Shown: piece by piece, positions 1 through 14,605 of the stretch
Numbering within the stretch: position 1 is the stretch's first letter
Layout of the letters: every line of letters begins with the position of its first letter
Assembly (NCBI RefSeq): GCF_009914755.1
Contig: NC_060930.1
Reading direction: 5' to 3' (one strand)
DNA: 64,000 nucleotides
Source: the human T2T-CHM13v2.0 reference genome, Homo sapiens
The notes under the pieces: model-generated
Seen by the model: the letters and a program-made list of their open reading frames with translations, nothing else
Databases searched by the model: none
What the model was told of the DNA's origin: nothing
Translations under genes and position numbers: made by a program

Positions 1-304
1 GAAAAGAGAAAGATGCAGGTCCTGAGGTGAGGCCAGGTGGATGCCATTTGCAGCAACAGGGAGAGTCAGGGAGGACGAGTGGCTTCTGCTATAGAACCTC
101 ACCAAAAAGTAGGCAAGTCTGTCAATAGTTAAGAAAAATGTTTTCCATTATAAGGCCTCTGCACCCAGATAAAATCCTCCACAATCAGTTCCACAGAGGG
201 AATGCTGCCCTACTTAAAGAAAGGTTTTCTGAAACATTTCTGAATCAGGAGTTCCTAAGTATTCACATGTAGAGTTTATTTTATGTCCTCCAGATCCAAA
301 ATAC

Positions 305-600
305 TGTCTCGGTTTTCATTCCTCCAGAAGCAAATGCTAATACAAGGATTTGGGTACAATTAAGTGATTTGGGAGGTGCCCATAGCCTTGCAGGGGAAGG
401 GGCACATCAGACAGAGAAGGAAAGAAGCCAATAAGGAGTGTGTTGTGGAGCAGGTGACAACTGCAGGCAATGGGACCTTAATCCCACTGAGGAGCTCGAG
501 ACATTCCATTTAATCTCAGCTCAAGCTGAGACTATCCCATGGGGTAAAGTAGCTGTGATAATTATCTACCAAGTACTGTCAATCATTGGTTGATAACATA
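305..600 (-). mobile_element. Old ERVL LTR fragment (LTR16/LTR33/LTR41-type 3' end)
   Basis: TGTCTCGG...CCAGAAGCAAATGCTAATACAAGGATTTGGGTACAATTAAGTGATTTGGGAGG resembles the reverse complement of the ERVL LTR 3' terminus; right boundary approximate. Confidence 0.5.
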
Positions 601-919
601 AGGAGGGGAGAGTCATCTGGGTTCTGCAGTGGGCCTGTCCTCCTCCCCATGCAGGGCCTCACAGCTCTGGTAGCCAGAGAAAACCTTCAGGCAATGAGGT
701 GTAAGTGTGGGAGGTGGAAGCCAGGCCAGCATGCCTGGAAATTGTAAGTGCTGTAGGGATCTGAACAGTTTATTTTGATGCACTCCCTCAGGTTTATACA
801 CACACATATGTAAATCTGTGAACTCATGTGTATTAAACTCTAAAGTTGAAAAAAGTACTACAATGATATCATCTTAATACTGGATAAAGTTCATCTTTTT
901 ATATTGTCTTTCTACAGAA

Positions 920-1131
920 GGAGTCAACAAATGAAAAACCATAGGCCAAATCTGGCCCTCTGCCTGTTTTTTAAATAAAGTTTTATTGAAACACAGCCAT
1001 GCCCAGTCATTTACTATTGCTGCTTGCATGCTACAATGTAAGGGTATAGCAGTTGCAATAGAGATTATATGGCCTGCAAAGCCAAAAATATTTACTATCT
1101 GACCATTTACACAGAACACCTTTGTTTCCCT
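920..1131 (+). mobile_element. MER58A (hAT-Charlie MITE)
   Basis: GGCCAAATCTGGCCC...AATAAAGTTTTATTGAAACACAGCCATGCCC...GGCCTGCAAAGCCAAAAATATTTACTATCTG. Confidence 0.85.
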
Positions 1132-1440
1132 GTTGGCCTTTTTTTTCCTGGACAGATCATTCAAGACTAAGTTCAAAAGTAATCTCTTTAACTTCCTCTG
1201 CTGGTCCTTCTACCCTTAAATAAAATGGCTTCCTAACCTGTGTGTCCCTCATGCTATATCCATTCCTCAATATGTCTGTTACTATATTCACTGCTTTGTA
1301 TATTCCCTTTCATAACCACACCATCACAAGAACTGAGCCTGTTTAGATCCCTAATGTCTAGAGGGTCAATTAATGCATATTTATATAAAATGAATTCATC
1401 TGAGGAATTTCATCTCAGTGGTCACTGATCCATCACATGG

Positions 1441-1812
1441 TGATATAGTTTGGCTCTGTGCCCCCATCCAAATCTCATGTCAAATTATAATTCCCAATGT
1501 TGGGGGAGGGACCTGGTAGGAAGTGATTAGATCATGAGGGCAGATTTCCCCCTTGCTGTTGTCATGATAGTGAGTGAGTTCTCACGAGATCTGATTGTTT
1601 AAAAGTGTGGAGCACTTCCCCCTTCACTCTCTCTCTCCTGCCACCATGTGAAGGCGTGCTTGCTTCTGCCATGATTGTAAGTTTCCTGAGGCCTCCCCAG
1701 CCATGCCTCCTGTACACAGCCTGTGGAACTGTGAGTCAATTAAACCTCTTTTCTTTATAAATTACCCAATCTCAGATAGCTCTTTATAACAGTATGAGAA
1801 CGGACTAATACA
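1441..1812 (+). mobile_element. Solo MaLR LTR, THE1D/MSTA type
   Basis: Begins TGATATAGTTTGGCTCTGTG, ends GGACTAATACA; 372 bp; 5-bp flanks CATGG/GATGG. Confidence 0.92.
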
Positions 1813-3140
1813 GATGGGCTCCAGAAAGTGCAGAGAACTTGCTCAAGATCACATAAGTGGCTAGGTAGATTCCACTGTTGCTAGTGCAGGGTTTTCAGTT
1901 CTATATAGGTATAATCAAGCCACTGACTGCCTCTGCAGTGCATATACCACATTTAACAACACAGGCATTTTTGGAAGAGCAACTCAAGGTTATGACCTTA
2001 ATCCACACATCCACTTCTTGGCCAGGACCTCAATACCTGGTGGTCATGTCTCTGTAGGCGCCCCCAGAGTAGCCATGGTCTACATCTCTGAAAATTCTCC
2101 TCCTTATACTAACCCAGTGCTCCCAGATCAAATCTCAAAAGTCTCTCACAGTTATGGCTCCATGACCTGTTATCTTTCAAAACCACCTTAGGTGTCAGTA
2201 ATAAATCTTTTGCTTTCTGAAGAGGTAAATCAAAGCTTTGGACATTACTAGCAAAAAATGGCTTTTCATTATTTCTGCCTTATAACCACGGTGTTCAGAT
2301 GGCACCTTTCAGAGCTGCCAAAATAGTAAACAATAACAGAACATCTTTACTGCCTGATAACTAGAAGCAACTTACCTTCATCAAAATAAATCTCGGCAGA
2401 TTTCAACACCCTTGGAAAGAGCTGGAGAGGATAAAAGGGAAAAAACAAACCTTAGTGGAATGATATTTTATTTATCTCCTTTATGTCCTGCTTTATAAAA
2501 ATAGGCATCTTACACCCTAGAATGTGGGCAAAATCTGCATCCAAACAGTTCAGGAAATTTGTTAGCTGCTTAGCAATTTTTTTATGAAATCCAGAAAAAG
2601 TTAAGCCATGCTACAGACTAAAGCCTTTGCTATAAACTCCCTATCGGCCAAATCCCCTTGGGGACCCATTTTAAAAACCAAACATTGAGGAATTTTCTTA
2701 AATACCCAGGTCCTAATTGATTTTAATGAGTATTTTCCCCTCTTTGAAAAAGGTGGAGCTTAATTTTCAAGAGTTATAAAAATAGCTGCTTCTCCACCTT
2801 TCATGTCAGAATCCTACCTTGGAAAAATTTGGCAACAATCTATGTCAAATATATTCAAAGTAATGCTTTGCATTCTATAGATGGTTTAAAGATACTTTTA
2901 CACTTGTCATTTCATATCTTTAAAATAATCCTGTATGGTAGAACACAGTGGAGGAAAGATAAGTTGAGAAGGTGAGCTACTTCAATGTACAGGGGAAAAA
3001 AACAAAGTTCATAATGGATAAAGTAAGCAGTATCATCTTCATTTTTCCAATAAGAATGGCATAACCCTGAAAATGTGAAGTAACTTCCCCAAATTCACAA
3101 GGAGCCCAGAAAAATGATAAAAGTCCAGGCCTTCTAGTGT

Positions 3141-3530
3141 AAGAGGACTACATCAAGTAGAAGAGGTTAACAACAAGGCCAGGCCTCCCCTCCAAGATTT
3201 TTTCTTAGATAATATTTCATCAGTGTCCAACAATGCAAACTGCTCTTAATTATACTTTGTAAGCATTAAATAAATTTTAATTAAAATAGAAACAGTCATA
3301 ATAGAGCATCTTAAGGTTATAACAAAAGCTATAAAATGAAATGACTGAGTGGTGTTTACATGGGAAGTACTAAGCCTTTTCAACAGATTTTCCCCAAAAC
3401 GCGTTAGATATCTTGGCCCAGACCTTAGGGACGGTGTGGGTGAGAGTAATTTGAAGAGGACTGCATCAAGTTGAAGAGGCTAACAACAAGGCCAGGCCTC
3501 CCCTCCAATATTGTTTCCTAGATGATATTT
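3141..3530 (+). repeat. Dispersed 77-bp direct repeat (3141-3217 and 3454-3530)
   Basis: 7 mismatches in 77 bp by manual alignment; identical core TAACAACAAGGCCAGGCCTCCCCTCCAA. Confidence 0.95.
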
Positions 3531-4814
3531 TCACCACCCCTTACTGAGGACAAAGTCTATGATCATTTAAGGACCTACCAATAACACTGCTAAGCCTGAC
3601 ACAAAAAGTTTACAGAAAAAATTATTACCTCAAAAGGAGTTTAAAATCATTCCATCAACAGCCACTATATGGACAATGCACATGCTATTATTTTAAGACA
3701 ACATATGGATAAATGTATCCATCCCCTGAGAAAAGTACAATACTCCAGTGGGAACTTTTCTCCCTATCTGTCTCTCTCTTTGGAAAAAGATTTTTATTTA
3801 TGGTTGTGAAAACAAGAAAAGCTACCTATGCATTAATAAGGACGGGCAAAACCCACTGTTGCTCACTTAGCTACAAATAGTAGCCCCTGAGAAAATTATC
3901 CATTCAAATAATAATCTCTTAAAATGATATTTGACTATTATATACCCAATGTGGTTTATGTTGAATTTAATTTCCATCTAAATTTAAAATACAGGAGACA
4001 TCTAAAGCCATTATTTCATTTCGAGTTGAATGAAGTAAGTCATTTGGAAGTACAGTTTAATTTTTAAAAGTCACAGCATAACTAAAGGAGGTTTAGTCAG
4101 TCTATTTCTGCTTTGGAAATACACAAGAGCAGCCTGGAATGCTTACATGTAAAGTGCTATATTATAAAAAGGAGCAAAATTAAGTAGTCAGATATGTTTG
4201 CTACATTAAGACAAAATGAAAACTACTGTGATCAGAGCAGTTTGAGAAAAATGGATGTAAAATACTTTCCATTTAAATTACAGCAACAGCTACAATTAAA
4301 AGAGCACTTTGTTATTTGCACTAGATAGCGGAAGATGGTTTTCATTTGCAGTTTGGTGGTTTTTGTTTTTTTTAATATGCATGGGTTGCTTCAAAGCAGG
4401 CCAGTCCTGCAGCCCTACTTGGGCAGGCCCCCAGCCCTCCTGAATGGCCCTCCTGAGGAGCAAGGGCTCTGCCCGGCTTATGGAAAAGACACAGGAAAGC
4501 AGAGTCCCAGGAAATCTAACCATGCCTGCGTGGTCCAAAAGAACAAAACACACAGGCAAATTCAGCTTGCTGAGGGATGCTCATAGCTGTGCTCTGTTAT
4601 CAATTGCAAATGGCTATGTTGGATTCCACAAAATGGAGAAATTTTAAACCACTAATACTGAGAAAGGCAAATGTAAGTCTTTTCTAAAAATTTGTATTAG
4701 TTATTAAAATAAAGATAATGCCTGTTTTTTTTTTGCAAAATATCAATACAAATTAATCAAGACTGAACTGTGAAGACTGAAAATCAAATCTATTCTTCAC
4801 CACTGGTTAGAGTT

Positions 4815-4973
4815 GGTTATTTATTTGTTTGTTTATTTATTTATTTAGAGACAGGGTCTTGCTCTGTTGCCCAGGCTGGAGTGCAGGGGCATGATCATAG
4901 TTCACTGCAGCCTCAAACTCCTGGACAACTACTCAGGAGGCTAAAGCAGGAGGATCACTTAAGCCCAGGGGTT
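4815..4973 (-). mobile_element. 5'-truncated AluJ/FRAM-type fragment with inverted 5' segment
   Basis: T-rich tail 4815-4847, antisense Alu 4848-4924, sense Alu ~4926-4973; flanked by GTTAGAGTT (4806-4814, 4977-4985). Confidence 0.9.
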
Positions 4974-6373
4974 ACAGTTAGAGTTATATTCCCACAGAGA
5001 TTCCTGTGAATTTTCACATACAAGGCTGAGATCACACCAGGTATGCTCTTTTATGAGACACACACCCTCATGCCTTTTTGCTGACCAAAAGCCTCAGGGA
5101 CACACATTTATGGCTTCCAGAACTTTTGAGGAAGGTTGCAAGCTGTGAGCAGAAATAATGAGTCTAGCATTTCCTCCGAACTAGAAAGAAACCTCATTTG
5201 CATTCTGGTGCAACCTCACCATTATCCCACTTACCGTAGGGCCCACCAGTAAATAGAAAATTGGATTTTTTTGAAAAAGAAAAAAATCCACAATATGGGT
5301 GTGTGCCGACGTTGAATAATAACACTACAGGGTTTTTTCATATTCTTGTTAATAGTCTGTAATCCAGTTTGACATTTGGATATCTTTGCAAAAAAAAATT
5401 AGAGAGGGACTTTTTCTGGATCCTATAGACAGGCCTATACAGTATATCCCAAGTTTGTCTAATAATATAAATTACCTGAAAGTTACTTCAAACCAAAAAT
5501 CAGGGTCTCTCCTCTGGAGACTTTGACTTTCTACATCGTGGATGGGGCCATTTGATCCATATTTTTACCAAGTGCTTCAAATGGTTCCTACACTCACGTG
5601 GCTTGATAAACTCTGTTATATGCAATAGGGAAAACTCAGGACTCACTAGACCTGAAGAACGAAAGGGAAGGGGTACTCCTCTGAGTCCAGAAATGACTCA
5701 GAAGAGAAGAAACACATCATAAAAAAGCAGACAAGAGCTAAGAAATAGCCTGCCCCACTTTCTCTTCATTTCTGTGTAGACCAGGACAAGGAGGCCCATT
5801 ACTCCCCGCTTTTTAGATTTCTTACAAGTTCCCTGTTTGTTATCTTATACAGTAGCTATCTATTTCTCTATGCTTATTAGCAAAACAACTTTTTAATCAA
5901 AAAAAGGGGAGTCTGAATAATTCAGATTAGGAGACAGGATACCCTCTTTTGTGGCGAACCTAGAATGAGGAGGTGGCCTGGGTTGTGAGGCCAACAGGGA
6001 GAAAAGAAACATAGGTGAGGGGTCCACAAGGGATTCTGGAAATCTGTGCACTGACATAAGTTCTGGAAAGTTCTTGTGACAGGAGTACAGTAGAGAGGAA
6101 TACACCACAGAAGCAGCTTCTGCTGTTTGTGACATAAGTGACTTGAAACCCCAGGAATCGCCCAGACTTCCTGATTGTCCTGGGCCTCCCCGGGAGAGAA
6201 GCCTAGATCGGCAAGCTGCAGGCACTTGCCTCAACACACTCAGTGAGCCAACCACAACAGAATGGTGTTTCCGAGGACTTGACACATCTCCATCGTAGAA
6301 GACACCAAGCATCTGGGGTCCCTACAATCACACCAACAGTTGCTGGGTGTTTCAAGCAAACTTCAACAAATGA

Positions 6374-6646
6374 TGTGTACCAAAAAAATAGAAAGCATAA
6401 ATGAGACATGCTATTTTATCAGACAACAGGGTGACTATAATCAATAATGATTTAATTGTACATTTTAAAATAACCAAACGTGTAATTGGATTGTTTGTAA
6501 TAGAAAGGACAAATGCTTGAGGGGATGGCTACCCCATTCTCTGAGATGTGATTATTTCACATTGCATGCCTGCATCAAAACATCCCACGTACCCCACGAA
6601 TATATACACCTACTATGTACCCACAAAAATTTAAAAAATTAAAACT
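6374..6646 (+). mobile_element. 5'-truncated L1MA 3' UTR
   Basis: ACAACAGGGTGACTATA...ATGCTTGAGGGGATGG...CTACTATGTACCCACAAAAAT; perfect 15-bp TSD AACTTCAACAAATGA (6359-6373, 6647-6661). Confidence 0.9.
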
Positions 6647-8287
6647 AACTTCAACAAATGAAAATCCCTCTTTCCTTTCTTATTTATGTCAGTGACTCCA
6701 CCTACCCTCTTTCAAGCCTACAGATCTAGGCTATAATTCATTTTATGATAAAAAGGAATATCTGTTCATTTTAGCAGTTGCCACTGCAAGGAAATATTTC
6801 AAACACATTCATAGTGAATGATCACACTGTATGGCACAGTCAAATTGATATGTGAAGTTCCCAAAATAGTGAGCAATTAATACTGAATGTCCTACAAATC
6901 ACTGGGCCCTGGCTGAAGACGGAAGCCTTCTTCCTCACATCAAGAAATGAATGTGTGCACCAGATGTGTAAAATAAACAGACTAATGGGCCTGGGGGGGT
7001 GTAGCTGTGTCTCTTAGTGATGTACTGTGGAACATCACCGCCCAGAGACAGGACAGTGAGGCACAGGAGAGGTGAGACCCAGGGCGGAGCCACCTTTTCC
7101 TATATTTAGGGTGATGATTGGGGCACATGAGCTGGCCCTGGCATACTACAAGCTGCCCCAGAACCCAAGTGGTAATAGGGTTCAACTTTAGAGAAATGAT
7201 TTTGTGCTTTTTATTGGAATCCTGCTGCTGAAGGGATCATTTTACATTCACCTGTCATTGGTTTTTGCATTTTTAAATAGGTCAGTTTTTAAATAGAGTT
7301 CACTGTCTATCTAGAATTCTGCCTCCTTCAGTATCTATCTTATCTGCCCAGCCCAGGATCGGCAGAATTTAAAACACAGCTAAAGCAAAGTGGGATTATT
7401 TTATTTTAAGTAATAGTGGCTCGTTTGACAATGTGTAACTTGGAAGTTAACTGTTACTGGCTTGTGACCTTAGTCCACATAATGGTGATTTAATAAATGT
7501 CCTGAAGGAAAAAATACTCACTTACCAAGATCTTAATCTGCTACCATGAAGTAACTCCTACTTTTAAATAATCCAGTTAGACACTTATAGTTAATTGTAA
7601 TGAATAGTCAAAAATCTCTTCTCAATGACAAGACATAATTATTACAAATCTCAACACTGCAAAATAAAATGCATTAGACTAATAAGGCATAGAGACACAT
7701 CATAAAGTACTTACAGTTACACTATTCATACACATTTTCATTCTGAAAAACCAGTGATTTTTTAATATATTAAATAGATTCATTGATGGAATATCAAACA
7801 TGTTAAAATTTAGAAAAGTTATAATAAATATTGATATGATACTTAATCATATTGACTTTTTCTAGTTTTCCACCTTTAAGAAAAATTACCATCAGTTTAA
7901 CATGTCTTTTAATCATTTTACCTTAACTGGAATATAATGAATACAAAATCATGCAACATCTTTTTAATATTTATATAATATTGTTTAGAAGAATATTATA
8001 TTTTATTACATATTACTTGGATGTTGATATATTTTAAGTTATATTTAGTCTTGGCAATTACAAAGTAATAAGTGCTCATTGAAGAAATATTAGAAAAACA
8101 GAAAGGAACAAAGAAGGAAATAAGAACCTCTTATAATCATCACCCAGATGTAACCACTATTAACATTTTATATCCCGGTGCCCCAAGAATTTGGAAAGGA
8201 AAAATACGTCTTTATATTCTTACTGAAATTTTGCATTTCCCTTAAATATCAATGCAGAAAACAAACCACAATAGCATTGGAAGAGAG

Positions 8288-8785
<498 letters not shown>

Positions 8786-9038
8786 CCACAGAAATAATAG
8801 CAAAGACTGTTACTTTATAATCAATAAAAATCATACATTTTCATACCACATCACAGTTGCTGCAAATATCTTAGTGCATCACTGACACTCACCAATATTT
8901 TGAAATTGTATTATTAGACCTATAACAAAATCACATGTAATAATAGTGTCTGTCTATAGATATATGATATATTACATGTGGCATAGTAGCCTATTTTATT
9001 CAAATCTATTTTATTCAAACCGCCTAGTGGTGGTTTAG

Positions 9039-9599
9039 TGTATTAGTCAGGGTTCTCCAGAGAAACAGAAGTGATAGGAAATACATATGCAGTTATGGTT
9101 ATAGTTATATATAAATATATAGAGTTATAAATAGTTACATATACATTATATATGTGTGTATACATTATAACCATATGTTACATATATACAATATGTATGT
9201 GAAATGTATTATAAGGAATTGGCTCATGTAATTATGGAGGCTGCAGAGTCCCATAATCTGCTGTCTGCCAGCTGGAGACCCAGGAAGGCCAGTGGTACAG
9301 TTCTGAGAACCAGAGGGATGATGATGTAAGTCCCAGTCGAGGACAGAAGAAGACCAATGTCTCAGCTCATGAGGTTAGGCAGAGGGAGCGAATTTCCCCT
9401 TCCTCTGCCCGTTTGTTGTATTCAGGTTTTCAATGGATTAGATGATGCCTCCCAACATTGAAGGGGGCTGTCTGCTTTACTTAGTCCACCAATTCGCATG
9501 CTAATCTCATCTAGAAACACTCTCACAGACACACCCAGAAATAATGTTTAATCTGGGTACCCCATGTCCCAGGCAATTTGACACACAAAATTAACCACA
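9039..9599 (-). mobile_element. Solo MLT2 (ERVL) LTR with internal TA-rich tract
   Basis: TGTATTAGTCAGGGTTCTCCAGAGAAACAGAA...GACACACAAAATTAACCACA; perfect 5-bp TSD TTTAG. Confidence 0.9.
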
Positions 9600-10708
9600 T
9601 TTAGCCACCAAGCAGTGAAGTAGAATGTTCTCATCACTGGAACTTTACTCAAAAGCTCTGATGAAAGACTTCCAGTTTGGGCCACCATAGAGTAATGGAG
9701 ATCAGGTGTACTCTGCATGGTAAACAACCATTAAGCTTCACAAAGTGTACGAGGCAATTATTTCCAGCCATTGGCCACACATATCACAAGGCTGTGATCC
9801 ATGAGATAAGGGAAACTCATGAGGTAAGCTCCACATCCACCCTGGTTTTCTGCCTGGAAGCACTTTTCCAAAGTGCAGCACATTAAAGTGAAGCCAAAAC
9901 AGAAATCAGTGTTCTCACTGGACAACAGACACAATCTCAATGTTTGGGGATACTGAGGCAACTGGAATTTGTAGGTCAGGAAAAGATGGACAATGAAGGA
10001 TCCCTAGAAATTTGCATGGGGTCAATTGCAATAAATCTTGGATAAAAACTAAGTTGTGCATGCTCAGGGAAAGATTCCAAGAAGCCTAGTATAAAAGAGC
10101 CACTTGGGTACTGACTCTAATCTGGAGGTTTCACCATGATGGGAAATGGACTACTGACCAGGCAAATAGAGATCCCATGATAAACACTCTGGGCGTTCAC
10201 TTAAGACCTAAGAAAATTCACACTTGTAGAATGGTGTTGTTCTAAATTAAACTGCACACCTTAAATTAACTGCTTGGCAGGAAAAAAAAACAATATTTTT
10301 AGAGGTAAAGAACACAATTTAAACTATCAACAGCTTGGCATCTATGACATCCAGCGTGCCAGTAAAAATACTAGACATATGAAAAAGCAACAAAGTGTGG
10401 CTCATAATCTGGAGTGAAAAAAATCACTATAAATAGCCCCAGAGATGACATTGCTATTAGATTTAACAGATAAAAACTTTTTTTTTAATTTTGTAAATAC
10501 GTTCAAGGATGTAAAAGAAAAGGCAGACAAATGACTGAACAGATCACAAATCTCAGCTGAGACATTGAAACTACTTAAAACAAACAAATGGAATTTCTAG
10601 AACTGAAAAATAAAATGTCTGAAATAAAATTTTTATTGCATGGACTTAAAAGCAGATTGGACACCGAAGAAGAGATTAGTGAACTTGAAGACAAATAAAA
10701 GGAAACTA

Positions 10709-11119
<411 letters not shown>

Positions 11120-11350
11120 TTAAGAAAGTAAACAGAGAGAACCTGTAACAGAGAAAAATTTAAAGAAACAATGACAGTTTTTCCAAATTTTTTCTAAATT
11201 TCCAAATGCGCAGAACCAAAGAAATTCAACACAACCCAAAAATATATACACAAAAAAATCCTCACATCGATACATCACATTCAAATTGCTGAAAACCAAA
11301 GATAAGGAAAATACAACCCACCCACCCCCACCAAAGACAAAGACAAATTA

Positions 11351-11860
11351 CAGTAGTCCTCCCTTATCCATGGTTTCATTTTCTGTGGTTTCAATTACCC
11401 GTAGTCAACTGAGGTTCAAAAATAGTAAATAGAAAATTCCAAATTGTAAGTTTTAAATTGCACACCATTCTGAGTACCATGATGAAATCCCACAATATCC
11501 CATTTTGTCCCACCCAGGATGTGAATCATCCCTTTGTCCAGTATATCAGTTGTAAACACTAGCCACCCATTAGTTACTTAGTAGCTGTCTTGGATATCAG
11601 ATCAACTGTTGCAGTGTCACAGTATTTGTATTTAAATAAGCCTTGTTTTACTTAATAATGGCCCAAAAACGCAAGAGTAGTGAAGCTGACATATTGTTAT
11701 AATTGTTCTATTTTATTATTATTGTTGCTAATCTTTTATTGTGCCTAATTTATAAATTAAACTTTATCATAGGTGTGCATGTATAGGGGAAAACACAGTG
11801 ACATGTATATAGGATTTGGGGGTCTTGCAATATATCCCCTGTGGATAAGGGGGGATACTG
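11351..11860 (+). mobile_element. MER44B-like (TcMar-Tigger MITE)
   Basis: Terminal inverted repeats CAGTAGTCCTCCCTTATCC / GGATAAGGGGGGATACTG with TA on both sides. Confidence 0.9.
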
Positions 11861-11874
11861 TAATGTATTCTCAT

Positions 11875-12106
11875 TTTGAAGATGGAAGACAGCATGAGCC
11901 AAGAAATATGGGCAGCCTCAAGAAACTGGAAAAGGAATTGAAGAGATTCTCCCTTAGAGGCTGCAAACGAAATGCAGCCATCCTTCTGACACCTTTGTTT
12001 TAGCCCTGTAAGACTCATTTTAAACTGCTGACCTCCATAATTATAAGATAATAAATTTGTGTTGTTTTAAGCCATTTCTGTTTTAATAGTAATAGGAGAT
12101 AAATAC
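11875..12106 (+). mobile_element. MLT1C/D LTR 3' part
   Basis: TTTGAAGATGGAAG...CTGACCTCC...ATAATAAATTTGTGTTGTTTTAAGCCA...AATACA. Confidence 0.8.
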
Positions 12107-13696
12107 AGTGATATAGCTAAAATGTTAATGGAAGAGATTAAATGGTATAAAAAAAACTAGGTTAACTCTAAAAGGACATGTAAGAGCGAAAAGAGAACAA
12201 ATGAGAAAGAGAACAAATGAGAAAAACAAATATTAATAAATTTCTAAGGAGTGAAATCAAAGTATGTTCTGTGACCACAATGCACTTAATTTGAAATCAA
12301 TTTTTAAAATCTAGAAATTCCCCCAAATACTTAGAAATAGCGCATGATACTTCTAAACTATCCATGAATCAAGGACAAAATCATAAGGGAAATTAGAAGA
12401 TATTTCAAATTGAACAATAATGTAAATCTAACATATTAAAATGTATGGGATGCCCCTAAAGCAGTGCTTAGAGGAAAAATTATACCTTTAACGCTTATAT
12501 TTGTTTAAAAGTTTTTAAATTAATCATCTAGAATTCCACCTTAAAGTGAAAGAAAGTAGAAAACAATGGCACTTAAAACCTAAAGTAAACAGAAGGGAAA
12601 AATTATAAAGATCATAGCAGAAATAAATAAAATTAGAAATAGACAAGTTATAGGAAAAATGAACAAAGCCAAAATATTTTTTCTTAAAGTGAATAGTTAA
12701 ATCGATTAACCATAGTACATAGCAAGACTAATCAAAAAAAAGTGAAAGAGAAAAAAATAAACATGCACAACTGTTTTTCAAAAACTGGCAGTTTGTATTA
12801 AAGTTAAATATAAATGTGTCCTGTAACCCAGCAATGTTACTCCTAAATATTTACCCAATTTACTCAAAATTGAAATGTAGTTCTACAAAAAAGACTTAAA
12901 CAAGAATGATAATGGCAGCTTTTTTCATACTAACCATGCACGAGAAATAGCCTAAAAGTCCATCAACAGGAGAATAAATAATTTGTTTATAATAAAATAC
13001 TTCTTGGCAATTAAACAAATGAACAATTGTTACATACAATAACATAAAGGGAGCTTAAAAGTAATAAGCTTAAGGAAAGCCAGATACTGAAGAGCACATA
13101 CTCTATGACTCCATCTGTGAAAAGCTGAAAACAAGCAAAAGTCATCTACAGGAACAGAAATCAGAAAATGATCTAGGGGAAGGAATTAGGATTAGGCATT
13201 AGCCACAACTCATGGAACTATACCTTAAGATTGTGCTTTTCGCGGTCTGTAAATAATATCATAGTTTTTAAAAAACTAACATATAAGGAAAAAAATCAAA
13301 GATCTGGAAAGAAAAAAGAGACTTGAAGAATTCTAGTGTTTCTTAAGAGAGCCTATTTTCATCTCGTAAAGGAAGATATGGAAGCAATTTATTCTACTTA
13401 CAAAAGTAGGTCTTTGTAAATTTCTATTTTTGCCACTTTTAACAATCAAAAAGAAATCAAAACTGACTGGATGTTCAGCACGAACAAGTGTTTCCTTGGT
13501 AAAGACCACTCTAACTCTACAGTTTAACGTTCTTATTCGAGCTGAGTCATAATGGCCTTCACACTGATTTGTCCTTAAAGATGAAATTGAACTTTAGTAT
13601 ACCTGTACTTAAGTGTATTCTCATTTGGTGTGATAATTAAGAAGCATGTATATAATTATATTAAAAATTTGTCTTATAACATTTTGTAACTCCATT

Positions 13697-14049
13697 TGTC
13701 TTAGTTCATTTGTACTGCTATAATAGAACACCACCTATGGGGTAATTAGTAAAGAGCAGAAATTGCTAACAGTTCTGCAGTCTGGGAAGTCCAATATCAA
13801 AGCATCAGCACGTTCAGTTGTCTGGTGAGGGCTGCATCCTCAGGAGGGGAAGGTCACTGTGTCCTCACATGGCTGAAGGCAGAAGGGAAAGAGAACCAAA
13901 TGCTGCATGAAGCCTCTTTGATAAACGCCTTAATCCCATTCATGAGGGAGGAGCTCTCACAGCCTAATCACCTCATAGAGGCCCCACCTCTTAATATTAT
14001 CGCATTGGCAACACTTGAATTTTGTAGGAAACACATTCAAACCATAGCA
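13697..14049 (-). mobile_element. Solo MaLR LTR (MLT1A/MSTD type)
   Basis: TGTCTTAGTTCATTTGTACTGCTATAA...CATTCAAACCATAGCA; flanks CCATT/GCATT. Confidence 0.88.
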
Positions 14050-14605
14050 GCATTTAAATATAATTAGCTTCTTTTGTTATGCTATTTTTTATGCATTTTA
14101 AAACATTAATTTTAGAAGTACATAAGCTTCATAAGACTTCATGGCATAAAACAGGTTAAGAACTCATGAAAATAATTTTAAACTTTACTTGAAATATACA
14201 TACAAAAATGGATTATTTTATACTATTTTATAACTTGCTTTTTTGATTTTTGCTTAATAATATAAAATGACATAATTCCATATCATTAGTCTTCTGCAAG
14301 ACTATTCTTTTTATTTAACTGCATCATTTTTCATTCATCAGATAGTCCATAATTTTACCAATTTCTTGTATTTGGATAATCACATTGTACCCAATCCTAC
14401 GAATATTTTGAAGAATATTCCTTTCTGTTAATTCTAGCATAACATCTTCTGTCTTTACACGGCCAAGCCAACCTTTTTATGATTGATGAGAAATTTGATC
14501 CTCATCAAATAGAGGAATTATGAATCCCACATGGTTAAGGAGAAAGTATTCCTATGGCACTTCAGTTAAGTATCTTTGTAGCACTAATTGCATTCCACTA
14601 CATAA

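Noticed and set aside
5262-5290. TGGATTTTTTT...AAAAAAATCCA hairpin
   Set aside because: Stem is mostly homopolymer; low information.
12190-12221. 16-bp tandem duplication (also a 21-bp one at 44860-44901)
   Set aside because: Ordinary slippage duplications with no further structure.
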